Shown: positions 1-6,778 of the stretch, in pieces
Position numbering within the stretch: the stretch's first letter is position 1
Layout: each line of letters starts with the position of its first letter
Source: a virus
IMG/VR virus record: IMGVR_UViG_3300045988_165978
Strand: one strand, 5' to 3'
Length of the DNA stretch: 49,278 bases
Notes under the pieces: model-generated
Seen by the model: the letters and a program-made list of their open reading frames with translations, nothing else
Database searches by the model: none
What the model was told of the DNA's origin: nothing
Made by a program: the position numbers and the translations under genes

Positions 1-55
1 TTGGTGGACAATAGCGGAGTCGTTACGAACAGACTGAGGTTTTACCCGTATTATT
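1..55. repeat. 55-bp terminal direct repeat, identical to 49224-49278 (assembly overlap of a circular contig)
   Basis: Exact identity of 1-55 with 49224-49278. The repeat lies inside the 3' coding region of the recombinase gene. 55 nt is a typical assembler k-mer size, so this is an inference of circularity. Confidence 0.9.
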
Positions 56-90
56 TTGAAGAAACTTTTATTTTTACACAAGCAAGCTAA
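56..90 (+). CDS. C-terminal 11 codons plus stop of the large serine recombinase, if the contig is circular (continuation of 47745..49278)
   Basis: Reading frame of the ORF at 47745 continues t(49278)+tt(56-57)=TTT then GAA GAA ACT TTT ATT TTT ACA CAA GCA AGC TAA (stop 88-90). Confidence 0.5.
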
Positions 91-92
91 TA

Positions 93-122
93 AAAAATAG
101 ATAGGCAAAAGCCTATCTATTT
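93..122. terminator. bidirectional rho-independent terminator hairpin
   Basis: aaaaatagataggc-aaaa-gcctatctattttt perfect stem flanked by A/T runs. It sits between the recombinase stop and the 3' end of the minus-strand gene 124..582. Confidence 0.65.
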
Positions 123-123
123 T

Positions 124-582
124 TTATTTATCTTCTCTTTTCATCTGAGCAAGCCAGATATCAAATACCTTTCCTTCCGGAGCATCAGGATCATGCATAT
201 AAGCCTTTGCCATTTTTACATAGGTACTTGCTTCACTGCCCAGAACATCAGAGAAATCACTGTAAAGCATATTCATAGTATAATAAAAGTCAGCTTTCTC
301 CTTTATACCATTCTGTTCTGCCAAAGGATTGGTTTTTTCCATTGACCAATGCTCACCAGTTGTCCCGTCTACATTACGCATTGCAGAAACGGCTTTTTTC
401 GCCAGTTCTTCATCAAAATGCGGACCATAGGCCAGGCAGTGTACCTTATACATAGCACAGTAAAATTCTTCCGGGCAATGTCTACGAATTTTCTCCATTG
501 TTTCGCTTACTATATTTTTCAGCTCTTTTTCCTTCGTTTCATTCCCGACGATTTTTTCAAAGTATTCCAGATACTTATGCAT
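124..582 (-). CDS. hypothetical protein (152 aa), cargo region
   Basis: Long ORF with no competing frame. Function not recognised. Confidence 0.6.
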   Translation of the reverse strand: MHKYLEYFEKIVGNETKEKELKNIVSETMEKIRRHCPEEFYCAMYKVHCLAYGPHFDEELAKKAVSAMRNVDGTTGEHWSMEKTNPLAEQNGIKEKADFYYTMNMLYSDFSDVLGSEASTYVKMAKAYMHDPDAPEGKVFDIWLAQMKREDK

Positions 583-595
583 AGTCTTTCACCGC

Positions 596-1027
596 CTACG
601 CCACTTTTATGATCGTAATGCTGGCATTATTTACTGTCGCTGCCGCACTTGATTGAACCTGCAGTACGGTAGTATTATCTATTGCATAGCAGGAAGGGAG
701 TTCTTTAACTAACGTGCTAAAACTGATATTATAAATATCTGCCGCCGCACCTGTAATAGTAGCCTCAGCACCCGGAACAGCAGTGCCGTTGCTAATTAAC
801 TGCAAGGTTATATCTCCTGCCGCTGCAGGTGTTACATTGCCATTGAATGTTACTAGATATAATCCATCAGAAGCAAGCGTTATGCTGTTGCTGCCAGCAA
901 CATGAACTACAGAACATCCGTTTCGTACACTATTGGTATTAAAATCTAAAAAGCCTTCTGCTACTACTGTTTGATCTGCTACTGTTACCGCGGTCAGCGC
1001 AGGCCTTTGATTGCAATTACATGCCAT
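596..1027 (-). CDS. BclA C-terminal domain-like (exosporium glycoprotein / C1q-TNF jelly-roll-like) protein, 143 aa, no collagen repeats
   Basis: C-terminus ...NASITIIKVA and the beta-rich Thr/Val/Gly pattern resemble the BclA C-terminal domain (which ends ...SIIIEKVA) from memory. N-terminus is MACNCNQRP. Confidence 0.5.
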   Translation of the reverse strand: MACNCNQRPALTAVTVADQTVVAEGFLDFNTNSVRNGCSVVHVAGSNSITLASDGLYLVTFNGNVTPAAAGDITLQLISNGTAVPGAEATITGAAADIYNISFSTLVKELPSCYAIDNTTVLQVQSSAAATVNNASITIIKVA

Positions 1028-1109
1028 TTTTATCAGTTCCTTTCATCAATATAATCAAAGAGGACGGTTTGCACCGCCCTCTTTCTTTGGTGCAATTAAT
1101 GCACTTTAC

Positions 1110-1754
1110 TTAGCAGCCACAGCCGCAGTTATTGGCTGCAGTATAAGGGCTGCAGGTGATGTAAGCAGGTTGGGGAAACGGACGTAAAGTGCTGATAATA
1201 TTAGCACTTTGAGCTTGCTGGCTCAGTTGGAAGTTTGCAGTTTGCAAATCTCTATCTCTGTCAGCCAGTTTATCCCGCAAATCCTGCATAGTGTTTGCAT
1301 TGATCAGTGCGCGGGTAGCTTCGCCCTCTGCATGAATAGCATTGGTAATCTCGCAGGTATTACGATAATTTTCTGCACGTACTGCATCAATATTGCGATT
1401 AGTTTCACAGCAACATTGCTGTGCAGCAAAACGGTTTTCTGCAATAGCTGCACCGATAGTGCTAAAGCCATTAAGCATAGTCGTGTTCTGAGCATAGAAC
1501 CCGTCACACAAACCGTTTTGAACACCACGGATACCATTCTTGATATCCTGGGCATCAAAGCCATTAGCCAGATCGGAACGTGTCAACGCACTTTCCAGTC
1601 CATTGTTACGATTATTACCCCATCCGCCCATCAAGGCAAACAGTACGATGATCCACATAAACCATGCGCCACCGCCATAACCAAAACCGTCACCGTAATT
1701 ATTACGGTTTAAATCCATTACAGGTACTACGCCTGCTCCACCTTCCATAGTCAT
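1110..1754 (-). CDS. Gly-rich membrane protein with YjcZ-like (sporulation) N-terminal segment and Cys-rich C-terminus (214 aa)
   Basis: N-terminus GYGGGAWFMWIIVLFALMGGWG resembles YjcZ-family sporulation peptides. CCC and CGCGC motifs at the C-terminus. Confidence 0.5.
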   Translation of the reverse strand: MTMEGGAGVVPVMDLNRNNYGDGFGYGGGAWFMWIIVLFALMGGWGNNRNNGLESALTRSDLANGFDAQDIKNGIRGVQNGLCDGFYAQNTTMLNGFSTIGAAIAENRFAAQQCCCETNRNIDAVRAENYRNTCEITNAIHAEGEATRALINANTMQDLRDKLADRDRDLQTANFQLSQQAQSANIISTLRPFPQPAYITCSPYTAANNCGCGC

Positions 1755-1802
1755 AATTGATTCACCTCATAAAATTTTATTTTAAAAATCTGACGCGCGC
1801 TA

Positions 1803-2036
1803 TCAGATTCTTAGACCAAATTGGGAAAGAAGTTGATTCAGCTGTTGATCATCCATGCCTCTTTGTCTGGCCAGATTCCGTACGGTTTCCTGTAGCTGTT
1901 GCGGGTTTTTACCGCGCCCCATCTGCATGGCTCTTTGCATCAGCGGATCATTACCAAACATTTGCTGGAAGATTGCCATTGGGTTCGGACTGTTTTGTAT
2001 TTGCCCGATCATCTGTATTAATTGCATTGGATTCAT
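1803..2036 (-). CDS. hypothetical Gln/Met-rich small protein (77 aa; true start may be internal)
   Basis: ORF overlaps the 3' end of 1951..2454 by 86 nt in another frame, so the start is uncertain. Confidence 0.4.
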   Translation of the reverse strand: MNPMQLIQMIGQIQNSPNPMAIFQQMFGNDPLMQRAMQMGRGKNPQQLQETVRNLARQRGMDDQQLNQLLSQFGLRI

Positions 2037-2454
2037 TATCTTTCTCCCCCTTCAAGTATCTTTCCAAAGATTCTACTTTCTGCTGCAGGGTTTCAACAGT
2101 ATCCGCATCAGCATATCTTTTCGGAACATCCGGATTTTCTTTTGAAAGTCGATATGTCTGAACAATGGGCAGACCATTCATATTTATTGCTTTTGCATAA
2201 ATACAATTATCTGCAGGACAGATAAAATACGTAAATGTTCCGTCTAAATCTATTTGAGCGGCTTTTACTTCATCAAAGCTCCCTACTGTCCGCCCTTTTA
2301 ATACTGCAGGCATGGCTGGTGTGTTATACTGTGACTGCATCATATTTTGCTGCTGATAGTTTGGCATCGGCTGCATTGGTTGAGGATATTGCACCTGTCG
2401 TTGCTGTTGGCTGGGAAACATATTAACTCCCGGTACATAGAGATTATTAAACAT
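1951..2454 (-). CDS. hypothetical Pro/Gln-rich protein (167 aa)
   Basis: ORF preceded on the minus strand by GGGGGAG ribosome-binding site and a TATATAATA -10 like element (about 2490-2500). Confidence 0.55.
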   Translation of the reverse strand: MFNNLYVPGVNMFPSQQQRQVQYPQPMQPMPNYQQQNMMQSQYNTPAMPAVLKGRTVGSFDEVKAAQIDLDGTFTYFICPADNCIYAKAINMNGLPIVQTYRLSKENPDVPKRYADADTVETLQQKVESLERYLKGEKDNESNAINTDDRANTKQSEPNGNLPANVW

Positions 2455-2574
2455 CTTTTACTCCCCCGTTCTCTTTGATTTACTGTATTATATATAAATT
2501 TTTCTCTCTAAAAAGGACTATAAAAGGACATAAAACAGACAATAAAAAACAGCCCGTTTGGGCTGTCATAAACA

Positions 2575-2742
2575 AAAGCAGTTATCAAGTAATCCTTGAT
2601 AACTGCTTAAATTTTTTATTAATGCCTAACGCCAGGCTTGCAAAATCCATGTCCATATGGTTTTGATTTGATTGAGGAATTCTCACGAACTTGTCTGAGC
2701 GATATATTTAAACTTCGAGGGTCTACTCCACCGGCGTTAGGC
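2575..2742 (-). ncRNA. candidate structured ncRNA (unit 0): minus-strand promoter, 16-bp closing stem ATTAATGCCTAACGCC/GGCGTTAGGCATTAAT, tandem terminators
   Basis: Minus-strand -35 TTGAAA (2778-2773), 18-nt spacer, -10 TAAAAT (2754-2749). Perfect 16-nt inverted repeat at 2616-2631 and 2726-2741. Two hairpin+T-run terminators at 2560-2620. Confidence 0.45.
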
Positions 2743-2833
2743 ATTAATATTTTAGCACATCAATATTTTTATTTTCAATAAACTATGAAAAAAATCTTTA
2801 ACTCAAACACAAGATTTTCTATAAAATTTTCTC

Positions 2834-2990
2834 CTTTTTTTAATTGACTTTTTCTATAAACCAATAGTATAATATCCACCGGGACGACGGTATTGCTGCG
2901 CCGTACTCCTACAATTTTATGTGAGCGTAAGAGAAGTGAACCCCTTTGGTTAGATAATTCTAACGAAAGGGGTTTACTTCTTGAAGAATT
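2834..2990 (+). ncRNA. plus-strand unit U1: consensus promoter (TTGACT-18-TATAAT, 2834-2863) -> about 100-nt transcript -> hairpin CCCCTTTGGTTAGATAATTCTAACGAAAGGGG + T-rich tail
   Basis: Promoter motifs read directly. Hairpin with palindromic loop at 2940-2975. No ORF. Confidence 0.45.
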
Positions 2991-3120
2991 TGACTTTTTC
3001 AATGAACCAATAGTATAATAACTATAAAGAGATAGTCGGTATTGGATCACCGGCTCTCCCCGTAATTAAAAAATTTGACGGAAGGCCGTGTAACCGCAGG
3101 TTATGCGGTTTTTCTCATTT
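2990..3120 (+). ncRNA. plus-strand unit U2: consensus promoter (TTGACT-18-TATAAT, 2990-3019) -> about 90-nt transcript -> terminator ACCGCAGGTTATGCGGTTTTTCTCATTTT
   Basis: Near-identical promoter to U1 (ttgactttttc.a..aaccaatagtataat). GC hairpin + U-run at about 3088-3118. Shares CGGTATTG...CCG...CTCC with U1. Confidence 0.45.
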
Positions 3121-3326
3121 TATTTTCGAAATGAGAGAATGACTACTATAAGAGTTGCAAAACCTATCATTAAAGATAAGGTTTCATAAACAGTCATAGC
3201 ATCACCCCCTACTCTTTTGGAGTAGGAAAACCGATTACCGACTATCTCGAAAATTATTATAGCATAACTAAACATATTTTTAAATAACAGGGAATATACC
3301 CCGGTTATTTCTTTATGATAAGCAAA

Positions 3327-3534
3327 AAGCCCTCTCTGCTTAACAGAAGGGCCTTTTGTATAACGGATGGTGAAAGGATGAAGTACCTAACGCCAGCCAG
3401 CAAAAGAAAACGAGTCGGAGTTGGAGGTTATTGCATGTTGTCAACCGAACAAGAGAAACTATATCTGCTTTCCTAAAAAAGTCAAACTGTTTCTTTAACT
3501 AAACCTGCACCTTTACTAAACTGTCGTTAGGTTC
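3327..3534 (-). ncRNA. candidate structured ncRNA (unit 1): minus-strand promoter TTGAAA-17-TAATAT (3569-3541), closing stem CCUAACGACAG/CUGGCGUUAGG, terminator at 3327-3362
   Basis: Promoter lies in the conserved 70-bp repeat 3533-3605. 5' and 3' arms (3521-3531 and 3386-3398) are complementary 10/11. Hairpin + T-run on the minus strand at 3327-3362. Confidence 0.45.
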
Positions 3535-3653
3535 AAATATATATTAGCACCACTTTTTTAGGTTTTCAATATCCTAAAGCAATACTATTTTTTTATAAAC
3601 TAAAATGAATATCAAAACTAACGACTTTATTTATAACACTCTTATCAATACCA

Positions 3654-3828
3654 AAATCCCTCGTTGCATACGCAACGAGGGATTTTGGTACTTTTGGGCA
3701 AGGATTAAGATTTTGTGCCTAACGTCAGCCTGTAAGGTAAATGAGTGGAGAGTTAGATTTGGGATAACACTATTGCCCGTTGTGGTAGGACATCAATCAT
3801 ACACCTTTACTGAACTGACGCTAGATAC
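3654..3828 (-). ncRNA. candidate structured ncRNA (unit 2): minus-strand promoter TTGAAA-17-TAATAT (3863-3835), closing stem CUAGCGUCAG/CUGACGUUAGG, terminator at 3654-3690
   Basis: Paralogous to unit 1; the 70-bp repeat at 3828-3900 is near-identical to 3533-3605. Arms at 3815-3824 and 3718-3728 pair with one G-U. Perfect 13-bp hairpin AATCCCTCGTTGC-ATA-GCAACGAGGGATT + T-run. Confidence 0.45.
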
Positions 3829-3897
3829 AAATATATATTAGCACCACTTTTTTAGGTTTTCAATATTCTAAAGCAATATTATTTTTTCATAAATTAA

Positions 3898-3935
3898 AGG
3901 AAGCCACTAAAATCAGTGACTTCCTTTTTCATATA
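3898..3935. terminator. bidirectional terminator hairpin (AGGAAGCCACT...AGTGACTTCCT + T-run)
   Basis: Stem with one mismatch, T-runs on both strands. Just downstream of the minus-strand gene 3954..4220. Confidence 0.5.
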
Positions 3936-3953
3936 ATAAGATCAGCAACCTTA

Positions 3954-4220
3954 TTATTTTTGTAATGCTTTTTCACAGTTTTGTTTATTCAGTATTTCGT
4001 GGATCATCCGGTAACTTTTTCGCAGATCCCGTACTACAGTTTTTTCAGATAGCCCGAGACGGTCAGCTATTTCATAATTAAGCAAGTGCCGTATAAACCG
4101 CAGTTCCAGTATTTCCAGCTGGCGCGGGGTCAGCTTTACTTTCTCTATTACTTCCTGAAATTCTTCTTTGGTCGGTATATCGTCCAGTATATGACGAACT
4201 TTCAAGTTTGTACGGTTCAT
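3954..4220 (-). CDS. small sigma-70 region-4-like DNA-binding protein (88 aa), putative late-gene/transcription activator
   Basis: LTPRQLEILELRFIRHLLNYEIADRLGLSEKTVVRDLRKSYRMI matches the sigma-70 region 4 / ECF-type HTH pattern. There is no region 2. Confidence 0.6.
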   Translation of the reverse strand: MNRTNLKVRHILDDIPTKEEFQEVIEKVKLTPRQLEILELRFIRHLLNYEIADRLGLSEKTVVRDLRKSYRMIHEILNKQNCEKALQK

Positions 4221-4224
4221 CGTT

Positions 4225-4686
4225 TCACCTGCTCGCTATTATTGCTCCTGCTACTGCTCCTCCGACAATTCCCCAGCCAAGCTTTTGGATCTGTTTTAGC
4301 CTACTTTTCTTTTGCTCCTGTTTTATTTGAGAGCTCAATGTCTCTAAGGATTTGTTTTGCTCTGCTATTGTCTTGTTGGAGTTCTTTAACAATTCCTGAA
4401 CCTGTGTCAGCTCGTTCTTGCCCTTCTGATAGGATACGTTCTGCTCTTTGATTAGCTTCTGCAGCTCGTTCGAGTTCCTTTTCTGCTGCTCCAATATGTC
4501 CGACAGCTTTATCAAGCGACTTTCCGAGTTCTCGGTTATCTCCCATAACTCCATGAACTGTTCCCTGGACATCGTTATTGTTTCCGGTAGATCCTCCCGA
4601 TTCGCCGCCGAACATATACCAGGCAATAACAGCAATAACAAGGACAGCAAAAATAATACTATACCGGTGATCATATATTTTCTCAT
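4225..4686 (-). CDS. alternative-frame secreted/membrane coiled-coil protein (153 aa; N-terminal signal-like helix, C-terminal Gly-zipper TM)
   Basis: ATG at 4686 with the same AGGAGG 11 nt upstream. N-terminus MRKYMITGIVLFLLSLLLLLLPGICSAAN. C-terminus LGWGIVGGAVAGAIIASR. Cannot tell from sequence which frame, or both, is expressed. Confidence 0.4.
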   Translation of the reverse strand: MRKYMITGIVLFLLSLLLLLLPGICSAANREDLPETITMSREQFMELWEITENSESRLIKLSDILEQQKRNSNELQKLIKEQNVSYQKGKNELTQVQELLKNSNKTIAEQNKSLETLSSQIKQEQKKSRLKQIQKLGWGIVGGAVAGAIIASR

Positions 4687-4690
4687 ACAC
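4301..4690 (-). CDS. membrane-anchored coiled-coil protein (129 aa, GTG start; N-terminal TM, Gly/Ala/Glu-rich), i-spanin-like topology
   Basis: AGGAGG 7 nt upstream of GTG at 4690. N-terminal hydrophobic helix SIIFAVLVIAVIAWYMF. Fully overlaps 4225..4686 in a different frame. Confidence 0.4.
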   Translation of the reverse strand: MYEKIYDHRYSIIFAVLVIAVIAWYMFGGESGGSTGNNNDVQGTVHGVMGDNRELGKSLDKAVGHIGAAEKELERAAEANQRAERILSEGQERADTGSGIVKELQQDNSRAKQILRDIELSNKTGAKEK

Positions 4691-4729
4691 GGTTAAACCT
4701 CCTGTTCCGTCTGCAGTTAATAATATAGT

Positions 4730-4924
4730 TTAAGAAAAAACCGCCTGCAAAACAAGAAGCGCCACAGCTCCAACTACGATTCCAAAAATACACGCTTTCC
4801 CGCATTGTTTATTACGGTATTTTTCAATACGGTTCTGAACGTTTACAGTGAAATCCTCAATATCTTCCGAAGCACTGCTGAGAAAATTTGTTAATCTGCC
4901 GATTTGTTCTAATAGCCATTCCAT
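4730..4924 (-). CDS. small tail-anchored membrane protein (64 aa), lysis-cassette associated
   Basis: C-terminal TM CIFGIVVGAVALLVLQAVFS. Position between the endolysin candidate and the dual-frame pair. Confidence 0.5.
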   Translation of the reverse strand: MEWLLEQIGRLTNFLSSASEDIEDFTVNVQNRIEKYRNKQCGKACIFGIVVGAVALLVLQAVFS

Positions 4925-4938
4925 GATAAAACTCCTCC

Positions 4939-5346
4939 TTAATCAACAACTTCTAATAACATACTGTTTCCGTTATCCAGTATCCATCTTGATACTTCTT
5001 CACCGTCTGCGTTTTGCATCCTCAGGCATCCATATGTGGGAACCCAGCCCTGATACGGAGCAAACGGGTCAGCAAGGCCGCTGCCGCCACCATGTATATC
5101 ACGATATCTGGAATCACCGGTATGGATATAAAAAGTTCCATATGCTGCACCCTGTTCTGCCGCTAAATCCATCCCCGGGTAATCTGCGCTTACCGTATAG
5201 TTTCCATTAGGCAGGGATTCTCTCTCCTGCCCAGCACCATTATAGCCAGGAACAATAGCGCTGCGGCATTCATAATCTTTTATTACCTGGCCTAAATCAT
5301 CCATTGTGTATAGTCTCTGTTTTGATCTTATGTACTGTAATTGCAT
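4939..5346 (-). CDS. L,D-transpeptidase (YkuD) catalytic-domain protein, candidate endolysin / peptidoglycan-remodelling enzyme (135 aa)
   Basis: Motif ...IHGGGS...YGCLRM matches the YkuD catalytic His and Cys (HG[TS]...GC[IL]RM). Sits in the lysis cassette flanked by membrane proteins. No other lysozyme/amidase in the window. Confidence 0.6.
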   Translation of the reverse strand: MQLQYIRSKQRLYTMDDLGQVIKDYECRSAIVPGYNGAGQERESLPNGNYTVSADYPGMDLAAEQGAAYGTFYIHTGDSRYRDIHGGGSGLADPFAPYQGWVPTYGCLRMQNADGEEVSRWILDNGNSMLLEVVD

Positions 5347-5542
5347 TTTCTTCTACCTCCATTCTTTCTATAGCCATTTTCAGCGCTTCATCCTTGCGCC
5401 AATCACCGCCAAATTTTATTCGTAAAGGGTCTAAACAGTTACGCATAGCCTTTAATACCTGAACTGCTTCATCTACCGTTAAAATCATTATGCGGTCTTC
5501 TTTCGGGTTGTTTTTCGTCTTCGTCAGATATGCCATTCCCAT
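5297..5542 (-). CDS. hypothetical small protein (81 aa, start uncertain)
   Basis: ORF overlapping both neighbours; may be spurious. Confidence 0.3.
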   Translation of the reverse strand: MGMAYLTKTKNNPKEDRIMILTVDEAVQVLKAMRNCLDPLRIKFGGDWRKDEALKMAIERMEVEENAITVHKIKTETIHNG

Positions 5543-5807
5543 TACGGTCTATAAGCCTACGGCTTAATGCCAGCAGGCTTCCCAGAAGTGGAGCTCCGCA
5601 TATAACCAGTATTATATCCTTTAGCTCCGGCAGCCCTGCCTTATTCAGCCAGAATGTGAAATATACCCAGGTTCCAATGTATAGCAATATCGTTCCGAAA
5701 AGCAGATACAGCGCTGCATAGATTGGCCACATATTACCGCTGGATATCGCTATATCCGGCAATTTTGACATACCTTTTTCCAGCCAGCCTTTTATTTTTA
5801 CGAACAC
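5469..5807 (-). CDS. holin-like membrane protein (112 aa, about 3 TM helices, charged C-terminus)
   Basis: Three hydrophobic segments followed by a highly charged C-terminal tail. Immediately upstream of the endolysin candidate. Confidence 0.55.
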   Translation of the reverse strand: MFVKIKGWLEKGMSKLPDIAISSGNMWPIYAALYLLFGTILLYIGTWVYFTFWLNKAGLPELKDIILVICGAPLLGSLLALSRRLIDRNGNGISDEDEKQPERRPHNDFNGR

Positions 5808-6160
5808 TTATTGCACCCCCTGTTTTCCACGTCCGGAGGATTCTGAGGTAACTGCAGGACCTTGTTGTAAATTTCGGTAATTGCGCCATTACCGCCAAGA
5901 GCTTTATAACTCCTATACATGTCCATTATGTTTTCCATATTGTAGATAGGTATAAATCTTTTCTCCTCTGATTTATGATAGATACTTATGATCTCAGTTC
6001 GGAGCAAACTTCTTATAGCATCGTCTCGTGCTACTTCCTGCTTGTTCCTTTCCTCGATATCTGCCCGGTATTTAGCATACATTTTCCATAAAATACCCAG
6101 TAATCCGCTCTGCAGCAGCAGGCTTACTGTTGTACCTATATGAGTTTGTATATACTCCAA
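5798..6160 (-). CDS. membrane protein with N-terminal TM (120 aa), possible second holin/antiholin
   Basis: N-terminal helix TTVSLLLQSGLLGILW, then a charged region. First gene after a terminator/promoter gap. Confidence 0.45.
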   Translation of the reverse strand: MEYIQTHIGTTVSLLLQSGLLGILWKMYAKYRADIEERNKQEVARDDAIRSLLRTEIISIYHKSEEKRFIPIYNMENIMDMYRSYKALGGNGAITEIYNKVLQLPQNPPDVENRGCNKCS

Positions 6161-6185
6161 GATGCTCCACCCTTTCTGAATTAAT

Positions 6186-6285
6186 TTGACTTTTGTAAAC
6201 TTTGCGGTACAATGTTGGCGAACTACGAAAGCTAAATTTCTTCCCCTACACTAATACAATGTAGGGGTTATTTTTATGCTCCCAA
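6186..6285 (+). ncRNA. plus-strand unit U3: promoter TTGACT-17-TACAAT (6186-6214) -> about 60-nt transcript -> terminator CCCCTACACTAATACAATGTAGGGG + TTATTTTT
   Basis: Motifs read directly. The hairpin also serves as terminator for the minus-strand gene 6290..6730. Confidence 0.4.
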
Positions 6286-6289
6286 ACTT

Positions 6290-6730
6290 TTAGTAATCTG
6301 TAACATTCGGTGTTTTTTGATTAATTGATTGAGAATAAGAAATCTTTAAATACCCTCCATCCAAATTATATTCTGCGCCTACGTCTAACGATAATTTATA
6401 AGTTTTGTTTGGTGTTACTCCGACATACCATTGATCATAGAAACTAAAACTCTCTGATCTATAACGCCACTCTTTTTGATTAGAAAGGTTTTTTATTTCT
6501 ACAGTAACGTAATCATCATAACCCTCGCTAGATTCTGCATGACTGGAAATACATAATACAGTAACTCCATCAGGAATAGTTATTGATACTTCCTCATACA
6601 AGATGTCATTTGCTTCAATATTTTTGTTGATCAAGAAAGTTTCTTCTGTAGGCACAATAACTTCTAATTCTGCACCGATACTTACATTACCAGTTACTAT
6701 TACATTCATTGGGTTACTTGTTAAATCCAT
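6290..6730 (-). CDS. tail fibre-associated protein, paralog A (146 aa)
   Basis: GGAGGAAT ribosome-binding site. N-terminal motif DLTSNPMNVIVTGNVSIGAEL is shared with 6779..7333. Confidence 0.6.
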   Translation of the reverse strand: MDLTSNPMNVIVTGNVSIGAELEVIVPTEETFLINKNIEANDILYEEVSITIPDGVTVLCISSHAESSEGYDDYVTVEIKNLSNQKEWRYRSESFSFYDQWYVGVTPNKTYKLSLDVGAEYNLDGGYLKISYSQSINQKTPNVTDY

Positions 6731-6778
6731 TTTATATTCCTCCGTTTCTTCACAGAGAAATATTACATTTTTGCAGTT

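Noticed and set aside
1-55. Terminal 55-bp direct repeats as attL/attR of an integrated prophage
   Set aside because: The integrase is a serine recombinase, which leaves only a 2-bp core. The repeat lies within the integrase coding sequence and the frame continues across the junction. 55 matches a common assembler k-mer.
2775-3050. 91-aa minus-strand ORF
   Set aside because: Spans two consensus plus-strand promoters and a hairpin. Low-complexity translation.
3605-3841. 78-aa plus-strand ORF
   Set aside because: Runs through a perfect terminator hairpin and the conserved 70-bp promoter repeat. No ribosome-binding site.
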